Source of the DNA: Acidothermaceae bacterium
GTDB lineage: Bacteria; Actinomycetota; Actinomycetes; Acidothermales; Acidothermaceae
DNA length: 41,732 nt
NCBI GenBank assembly: GCA_035653855.1
Contig: DASRZB010000223.1
Location: 1-41,732 of the forward strand
Direction of reading: 5' to 3'
Notes under the pieces: generated by a model
Told to the model about the DNA's origin: nothing
What the model saw: the letters and a program-made list of their open reading frames with translations, nothing else
The model's database searches: none
Shown here: positions 32,587 through 38,878 of the stretch, one piece after another
How positions within the stretch are numbered: position 1 is the stretch's first letter
Layout of the letters: each line of letters starts with the position of its first letter
Made by a program: the position numbers and the translations under genes

Positions 32587-33339
32587 GTGTCGTATCGAGC
32601 GGAACTCCATCGGACGGGTACCTACCGTTACCTACCGGCGATCCCTGCCTACTCCGCCGGTGTCGCCGCCGAGCCCGGCTATCTGATCACCGGGCTTCGG
32701 TTTGCGGTGCCTTCGCCCGTCGGTGCGGCGTTCGAACTTCTTGACCGTGAGCTCGAGTCGCGTAGGCTCGATCCATCAGCGATCGTCGGCTTCGAGCTTC
32801 GATCTGCCACGCCGTTCGGCTTCGACAGCTTCAGCGACTTCAACGACGAGTATCGGAAGCTGCTGATAGAGCGTGATCTCCTCGACGGCGATCACAATCC
32901 CGTGGCCCGTACGAACATCTGCCCCGTGCATGGTGCGCCGGCCGAACCGGTGATCCTGTCCGCGTTCGTCGTCCGGCCCGCAGATGATCGGCGTCCTGGC
33001 GACTTCGTCATCGCCGGTTGTGGCGAGGTCGACGGCGCGTTGGCTCCCGAGAACATCGTCGCCTTCCGCGATCTCAGCCAGGACGGGCTGCTCCAGAAAG
33101 CAGAGTTCGTGCTCGGCGAGATCGTTGCGCGGATCGAGGCGCTGGGTGGGACGGCAGATGACCCGAACATCATCAACGAGTACTCGGCGCACGCCATCGA
33201 CGGACTGGCCGAGCTGATCGAGCGCCGCTTACCTGCCGCAAGCCATTCAGGCTATGTGCACTGGTCAGCGCGTCCCCCCGTCGCGGACATTGAGTTCGAG
33301 ATGGATTGCCGCCACATCAGCGAATGGGAAGTGGTGTGA
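32587..33339 (+). CDS. hypothetical protein, possibly a RidA/YjgF-like (CnbZ-type) deaminase fold
   Basis: Track ORF 32521..33339. I prefer GTG 32587, which has GAAAGG 7 nt upstream. The C-terminal SARPPVADIEFEMD resembles the RidA C-terminal PARS.V...VEIE motif. The N-terminal YRYLPAIPAYSAGVAAEPGY reminds me of proteins annotated as 2-amino-5-chloromuconate deaminase. This is a recollection, not a verified match. Confidence 0.45.
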   Translation: MSYRAELHRTGTYRYLPAIPAYSAGVAAEPGYLITGLRFAVPSPVGAAFELLDRELESRRLDPSAIVGFELRSATPFGFDSFSDFNDEYRKLLIERDLLDGDHNPVARTNICPVHGAPAEPVILSAFVVRPADDRRPGDFVIAGCGEVDGALAPENIVAFRDLSQDGLLQKAEFVLGEIVARIEALGGTADDPNIINEYSAHAIDGLAELIERRLPAASHSGYVHWSARPPVADIEFEMDCRHISEWEVV

Positions 33340-33363
33340 GGTGACGCGATCCGGGGAGGCGGC

Positions 33364-34515
33364 GTGACGCGACAATCACCGCTCATGCCTGTCGAGGAGG
33401 TGCCAGTCGCTGCCGCCAAGGTCTGGCTCTACACGGGCGCCGAGGGTCCGCCGCTCGCGGCCCACGAAGCAGCGCTGACCCGCTATCTCGCGAATCGCGC
33501 AAACGCATCAGCCGGACGAGACGCGAATGCCGATGTCGAAGCCAGGCTTCGCGAGCGGCTGGCGAGCCTGCTCGGCATGGACACAGGTGACATCGCGCTG
33601 GTCTCTAACTCCAGTGAAGCGATGAACATCGTTGCAGGCACGATTGCCCTGCAGCCCGGCGACAACATCGTGCTGAACGATCTGGAGTTTCCCTCGGTTG
33701 TCCAGCCCTGGTTGCGACTGGCAGGCGAAGGCGTCGTCGACATCAGGTTGGCGGCCCACGTCGGTACCGATTTGCCGACGGAGACGGTGACGTCGCTCAT
33801 CGACGACCGCACGCGGGTCGTCGCGTTCAGTCACGTCAGCTTCAAGTCGGGTTGGCGCCACGACGTGCGCGCGCTGTCGGAGGCGGCCGACAGAGTCGGG
33901 GCGCTGGTGTTGCTCGATGCGACCCAGTCACTGGGTGTGATACCGGTGCCCGCGGACCTCGTCGACGTCGTGGTCTGCAGTTCGTACAAGTGGTTGCTCG
34001 GTGGGCATGGTGTTGGGGTGTTGGCGTGGAATCGACGTCGCCGGCCGTTGCCCGATCCGCCTGCTGTCGGCTGGCGCTCGGTGCCAGACATTTTCACTCG
34101 TGACCGGTTCGAGACGTATCACCTTCACGACGATGCACGACGTTTCGAAACCGGCTTTCCGTCGTTTCCGACCATCTACCTTCTCGACACGTCACTCGGA
34201 ACACTTGGCCGGTACGAGGCGACGGCGGTTCGCGACCACGTGCTCGCCCTGAGCGGCAGGCTGGTGCAAGAACTGTCGACGCGAGGCTGGGAGCTCCTGA
34301 CCCCGGCGGCGCCCGAGCACCGCGCAGGCAACGTCGCAGTCTCCACGCCCAACGGCTCGGAGCTTGCAGGTTTGCTTGCGGAACAGGGGATCCACTGCTG
34401 GGGTGGCGACGGGCGACTGCGGGCTTCCGTGCACTTGTTCAACGGCGACGACGACATCGACAGACTGCTCGCCGCACTCGACGAACTGCCACCGCACCTG
34501 CGTCCGGGCGGGTAG
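33364..34515 (+). CDS. class-V aminotransferase-fold PLP enzyme (cysteine desulfurase / selenocysteine lyase-like)
   Basis: LDATQSLGVIPV...VVCSSYKWLLGGHGVGVL (Lys-PLP in SxxKW). GGGGAGG RBS upstream of GTG 33364. Confidence 0.8.
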   Translation: MTRQSPLMPVEEVPVAAAKVWLYTGAEGPPLAAHEAALTRYLANRANASAGRDANADVEARLRERLASLLGMDTGDIALVSNSSEAMNIVAGTIALQPGDNIVLNDLEFPSVVQPWLRLAGEGVVDIRLAAHVGTDLPTETVTSLIDDRTRVVAFSHVSFKSGWRHDVRALSEAADRVGALVLLDATQSLGVIPVPADLVDVVVCSSYKWLLGGHGVGVLAWNRRRRPLPDPPAVGWRSVPDIFTRDRFETYHLHDDARRFETGFPSFPTIYLLDTSLGTLGRYEATAVRDHVLALSGRLVQELSTRGWELLTPAAPEHRAGNVAVSTPNGSELAGLLAEQGIHCWGGDGRLRASVHLFNGDDDIDRLLAALDELPPHLRPGG

Positions 34516-34531
34516 CGTCGTGCCGAGTCAG

Positions 34532-35605
34532 ATGCGGGTCAGTCTTCGGCCGGTGAAATTCACCGATGCCGAGACCGTCCTTGCGAGCCACGAAGGGCTG
34601 ACGGCCTCGGTGTTCCGTTACCCGACAGGGGTGAAAGGGCTCCGTATTTCCAACGAGTTGGGACACATCTCGGTGTTGCCATTTCAGGGGCAGCAGATCT
34701 GGGATGCCACCTTCGCCGGCCGGTTGCTCACGATGGCTTCGATATTCGCCGGGCCGTATCCGACGCAGGACTACCTCAGTACCTACGGCGCCTTCTTCCT
34801 CCACTGCGGTGTCCTAGGCATGGGCAACCCGGGCCCTTCAGATGTGCACCCATTGAACGGCGAGTTGCCGAACGCACCATATGACGAGGCCTCGCTGCTC
34901 GTCGGCGACGATGAGTCAGGGCCTTACATGGCGCTCACCGGCAACTATCGATATGCCAAAGCCTTCAGCCACCACTACCTCGCTCACCCGACCGTCACGC
35001 TGCACGCCGCGAGCAGTCGCGTGCGCCTCGACATGACGATTCGCAATCTGAGCCGGAAGCACATGGACTTCATGTACTTGGCCCACATCAACTTCAGACC
35101 AGTCGACGGCTCAGTACTGCTTGACACTGCAGGAAAGGGCGGCGAGTCCGTGCGGGTGATCGACGAGGATCTCGACGCGGCGACGCTGGCCAGGATTCGG
35201 ACGGATCCGACGCGCCACAGATTCATCGATTCCGGGACTCGCTACGACCCGGAACTGGTGCTCGGGTTGGAATTGCTCGCAGGCTCGGACGGGCTCGCCC
35301 ACGCGATGCAACTGCACCCGTCCGGCACCGCGGACTTCGTGAGCTACCGCCCAGAGCAGTTCGACCACGCTGTCCGCTGGATCAGCAGAAGTGATGACCG
35401 CGATGCGCTTGGTTTGCTCTTGCCCGCTACTGCGGAGCCCGACGGTTACCTCGCCGAGAAGGCCAAGGGCAACGTCAAAAGCCTTCCCGCGTATGCGGAG
35501 GTGAACTTCTCACTTGAGTTCGGCGCACTGGACACGCATGACGCGACCGGGTTGAAAGACACCATCACTGAGCTCGTCGGAGAGATGACGTCCTATGGCC
35601 GGTGA
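34532..35605 (+). CDS. aldose-1-epimerase-like protein (DUF4432-type)
   Basis: I moved the start to ATG 34532 (or GTG 34520), just after the upstream stop. A beta-rich sequence with ...LHCGVLGMGNPGP...HPLNGELPN..., as in galactose-mutarotase-like domains. The assignment is moderate. Confidence 0.55.
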   Translation: MRVSLRPVKFTDAETVLASHEGLTASVFRYPTGVKGLRISNELGHISVLPFQGQQIWDATFAGRLLTMASIFAGPYPTQDYLSTYGAFFLHCGVLGMGNPGPSDVHPLNGELPNAPYDEASLLVGDDESGPYMALTGNYRYAKAFSHHYLAHPTVTLHAASSRVRLDMTIRNLSRKHMDFMYLAHINFRPVDGSVLLDTAGKGGESVRVIDEDLDAATLARIRTDPTRHRFIDSGTRYDPELVLGLELLAGSDGLAHAMQLHPSGTADFVSYRPEQFDHAVRWISRSDDRDALGLLLPATAEPDGYLAEKAKGNVKSLPAYAEVNFSLEFGALDTHDATGLKDTITELVGEMTSYGR

Positions 35606-36854
35606 AGTGATAGCGGGCGCGCGGGCAATCGAACTCGTGGAATCCATTCTTCACCGGGAACGTGCCGACCTCGAAGATCTAGTGACTGACCTCGTAGGCA
35701 TAGACAGTCAGATTCCGCCGCATGCCGACGAACGCGCGATCGTGCGGTTCGTGTCCGAGACTGCGCTAGCGCTCGGGCTGCCGACGGGCGAGGTGGTCTC
35801 GCGGCACTCGACGCGGCCGAACTTGATCATTCGAATTCCGGGCGTAGGTGGCGGGCCGACGCTCATTCTGAACGGGCACCTCGATACCAAGCCGGTCGGT
35901 GATGCACGGGAGCTGTGGCGAACGCCCCCACTCTCCGCGACTCGCGTCGGTGAGAACATCTTCGGTCTCGGAGTCAGCGACATGAAAGCGGCGGTCGCGT
36001 GCATGGTGTACGCCGCCCACGCCGTCATCGCGTCGGGCACGGCCCTCAGAGGGGATCTGATCCTCGCCCTCGTTGCGGACGAAGAGGCCGGCGCGACCTA
36101 CGGATCCCGATTTGTCGCACCGCTGCTCGCAGGTGTGGCCGACGCGTGCCTCATCGGCGAGCCGTCGGGGTGGGAGCGTGACTGGCAGGGCATGCATCTG
36201 GTGTCCAGAGGCCTCTGCGCATTCCAGGTCCACGTGCAAGGAACGCAGATGCACAGCAGCCTTTCCGATCGGATGCCCTCGGTCAACGCGAATATCGAGA
36301 TGGCCAAGCTGATCCTTCGGCTTAAGCGCGACTTCGACGAAGCCTTCCCGTTGCACGATCCGGCGCCCACTCTCAACGTTGCGGTCACTGCGAGGGGCGG
36401 CGTGTTTTACGGTGTCGTACCCGGTGATGCGGCGTTCGGCTGCGACCTTCGGACTGTCCCGGGCATGGCAGAGGCCGATGTTCACGCGTTCTTCGACGGG
36501 TGGGCTCGCGACCGGAGCGACGAAGTGGGCGGCGCGTCCGTGCGGATCCTGTACGACGACGTTCTCAGCTGGATCCCGAGCTCGGAGATCTCGGCGAAGA
36601 GCGATCTGGTTTCTGCTGTGGAGCAAGCAAGTGCAGCGGTGCTGGGCGCCGCCCCGCCTCCATCGGTCTTTCCGGGCGCGACCGACGCGCCGTGGTTCGA
36701 CGCGGCAGGAATACCGACCCTTGCCTCGTTCGGGCCCGGAATTCTGACGTACTGCCACGGCCCCAACGAGTTCGTGCGAGTGGAAGCCATCCATCAGGCC
36801 GCGCGCATCTATGCGCGAACAGTGCTCGGCTACTGCGGCGTAGGTGCGACGTAG
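35595..36854 (+). CDS. M20A-family metallopeptidase (ArgE/DapE/CPG2-like deacylase)
   Basis: LILNGHLDTKPVGD...GLGVSDMKAAVA...LVADEEAGATYGS...GATDA.... These are the canonical M20 metal ligands and catalytic D/E residues. Confidence 0.85.
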   Translation: MAGEVIAGARAIELVESILHRERADLEDLVTDLVGIDSQIPPHADERAIVRFVSETALALGLPTGEVVSRHSTRPNLIIRIPGVGGGPTLILNGHLDTKPVGDARELWRTPPLSATRVGENIFGLGVSDMKAAVACMVYAAHAVIASGTALRGDLILALVADEEAGATYGSRFVAPLLAGVADACLIGEPSGWERDWQGMHLVSRGLCAFQVHVQGTQMHSSLSDRMPSVNANIEMAKLILRLKRDFDEAFPLHDPAPTLNVAVTARGGVFYGVVPGDAAFGCDLRTVPGMAEADVHAFFDGWARDRSDEVGGASVRILYDDVLSWIPSSEISAKSDLVSAVEQASAAVLGAAPPPSVFPGATDAPWFDAAGIPTLASFGPGILTYCHGPNEFVRVEAIHQAARIYARTVLGYCGVGAT

Positions 36855-37685
36855 GTGGACCAGTTCGCCGACGCGCACCTCCATCTGTTCACCAACGGCT
36901 TTCGCGGGCGGGGCGGAAGCAGCCCGGCCGGGCGCGGTCGCGAGGTCGACGCGTACGAGGTGCTCGCCCGGCGGCATGGCATCGTCGCGGGCCTTGTCAT
37001 CGGATACGAAGGCGAGGGAATCGATCCCGACAACAACTCTTACATCCGATCCCTCGCTGCGACACACCCGTGGATGTCGACAGTGGCGGACGTGTCGGCG
37101 GATGCCGCGCCCGATCCGATTCGGCTCGACCGACTCCTCAGCCTCGGTCACCGAGGGATCGCGTTGTACGTCGCGGATGCCGAGTCCGCGGCCGCTGTCA
37201 GCTCGTGGCCGACGGAGAACTGGCGTGTCTTGGAAGCGCGCAACGCGATCGTGTCAGTAAACGCCGGGCCGGGCGGGATACGCGGGCTGGTCAACGTCGT
37301 CGAGCGAGCATCTGGATGCACGTTCCTCTTTTCCCATCTCGGCGATCCCGGTCGCTTCGCCCAGCCGCCAAGTGCTGACGACGCCGCCCATCGAATCGGT
37401 GCGCTGTTACGGCTGGCCCGAAACGACAACGTGTACGTGAAAGTCTCGGGTTTGTACGCCATCAGCGATCCAGCGAATGCCTACCCGCACGAAGCGGCTT
37501 GGCCCTTCATCGACGTAGTCCTTCAGAAATTCGGACCAGATCACTGCCTGTGGGGTTCGGACTTCAGCCCGTGCCTGGACGACGTCTCGTTCGAGCAGGT
37601 GATCCGCAACCCCGTGCTCGAAGGACTTCCGGCCGCCGACTACGACCGAGTCATGGGCGGCAATCTGATAAGCCTGCTGCGCTAA
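36855..37685 (+). CDS. amidohydrolase_2-type TIM-barrel metal-dependent hydrolase
   Basis: FADAHLHLF (HxH) ... FSHLG ... CLWGSDFSP (the terminal WGSD motif). GTG start directly after the upstream TAG. Confidence 0.75.
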   Translation: MDQFADAHLHLFTNGFRGRGGSSPAGRGREVDAYEVLARRHGIVAGLVIGYEGEGIDPDNNSYIRSLAATHPWMSTVADVSADAAPDPIRLDRLLSLGHRGIALYVADAESAAAVSSWPTENWRVLEARNAIVSVNAGPGGIRGLVNVVERASGCTFLFSHLGDPGRFAQPPSADDAAHRIGALLRLARNDNVYVKVSGLYAISDPANAYPHEAAWPFIDVVLQKFGPDHCLWGSDFSPCLDDVSFEQVIRNPVLEGLPAADYDRVMGGNLISLLR

Positions 37686-37902
37686 GCAGGGAGCGTTATG
37701 GCCGACCTGAGCTACGTGTCGAACCCGGCTATGACGGACTATTCGAGGCCTCACGCACTAGCGACTTCCTGGTGGGAGGTGCGGGACTCGCGGCGCGGGG
37801 ACGCCGGTCCGCCAGCGGTGTCGTGTACCGCTGCCTTCCGCGAGTGGCTAAGAACCGATGAGTTTGCGCCTGCTGGTCCGTCTCAACTACCGGAGGTGTG
37901 GA

Positions 37903-38439
37903 GTGCGAAAGATTGTCGCGTATGAGTTGTTGTCCCTGGACGGCGTTGCCCAGGACCCGGACACGTTCTTTACTGACTGGGACGACGCGATGGAGGCCAA
38001 CCTCGCCGCTGTAATCGCAGCGCAAGACGCCGTCATCCTCGGCCGACGCAGCTACGACGAGTGGGCCGGGTTCTGGCCGGGCAACGAGATCGAGCCCTTC
38101 GCGACGTTCATCAACGGGGTCACAAAGTACGTTGCGACATCCGCACAACTCGACCGCGGATGGGCCAACTCGACTGCCGTCGACGGCGGGCTCGTCGAGT
38201 TCGTTCAGGACCTGAAGGACCAGCCCGGAGGCGACGTCGGCGTCCACGCCAGCATTTCCGTCGTCCAGACGCTACTCGCTGCAGACGTCGTCGACGAACT
38301 CAGGCTCGTGATCGCGCCGAAGGTCGTCGGTAGCGGACGAAGGCTCCTCGAAGGATTGCCGCCGATTCGCCTCGAGTCGATCCAAAGCGCGATGTCACCG
38401 ACTGGCTATCTGCTCGCCGGCTACCGCGTCATCCGGTAG
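37903..38439 (+). CDS. dihydrofolate-reductase-like (RibD C-terminal domain) family protein
   Basis: I prefer GTG 37903 (VRKIVAYELLSLDGVAQDP...), which has GGAGG 6 nt upstream. ...VILGRRSYDEW...YVATS...LRLVIAPKVVGSGRRLLE. Confidence 0.75.
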   Translation: MRKIVAYELLSLDGVAQDPDTFFTDWDDAMEANLAAVIAAQDAVILGRRSYDEWAGFWPGNEIEPFATFINGVTKYVATSAQLDRGWANSTAVDGGLVEFVQDLKDQPGGDVGVHASISVVQTLLAADVVDELRLVIAPKVVGSGRRLLEGLPPIRLESIQSAMSPTGYLLAGYRVIR

Positions 38440-38453
38440 CTATCTCGCAATCA

Positions 38454-38712
38454 TCAGACGAACGTCACGCGGGTCGCGGGATCCTGGCCTGCCAGGTCCG
38501 CACCCGGGAATCTGCGCAGGCCCTCGAACTGACCTGCGCGCAGCTTGCCGTGACCGCGTGTCGACCAGTTCGACGCCGGAGTCGCGGTCGGGTTCTGTCC
38601 GATCGGTCGAACCGGCGCGGATAGGACCGAGGCCGCCAATTCGGGGCCCGTCGTCGTCCGGCGGCTCGTCATAGACGCGGCGAAACCGCACGGTCACCTT
38701 CTTGATCATCGG
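38454..38712 (-). pseudogene. frameshifted/truncated remnant of a DUF488 (YeaO-like) gene
   Basis: From ATG 38712 the frame reads MIKKVTVRFRRVYDEPPDDDGPRI. This matches the YeaO-type start (RVYDxPxxxDGxR). Family-like sequence and GC3 bias are then lost. Both resume in another frame (...KLRAGQFEGLRRFPGADLAGQDPATRVTFV*), which resembles the F.EFRRRY.AEL...PVTLLY region. It is much shorter than intact family members. Confidence 0.4.
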
Positions 38713-38878
38713 CATCCGCCTCTTGTCCGGACACTGGTGTGGGCGGCCGGCGGTTCCCGTCCAATGATCGGGTTGTCCGGTCGGCTGGAACTCGCTCCTC
38801 GTGCGGATGTGCTGGTGCTTCCTTGTCTCGGTGTACAGACGCCGCACTAGGCGTAGTCGGCACCGTGCGCGCGGTGCG

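Noticed and set aside
35766-37151. 461-aa minus-strand ORF
   Set aside because: It is antisense to the M20A and amidohydrolase_2 genes, both of which show clear catalytic motifs on the plus strand.
7468-38439. Two RibD_C/DHFR-like genes bracketing the island as possible mobile-element boundaries
   Set aside because: The two proteins are only distantly related. No direct or inverted DNA repeats, integrase, transposase or tRNA gene is seen at either edge. I saw no obvious compositional break by eye.
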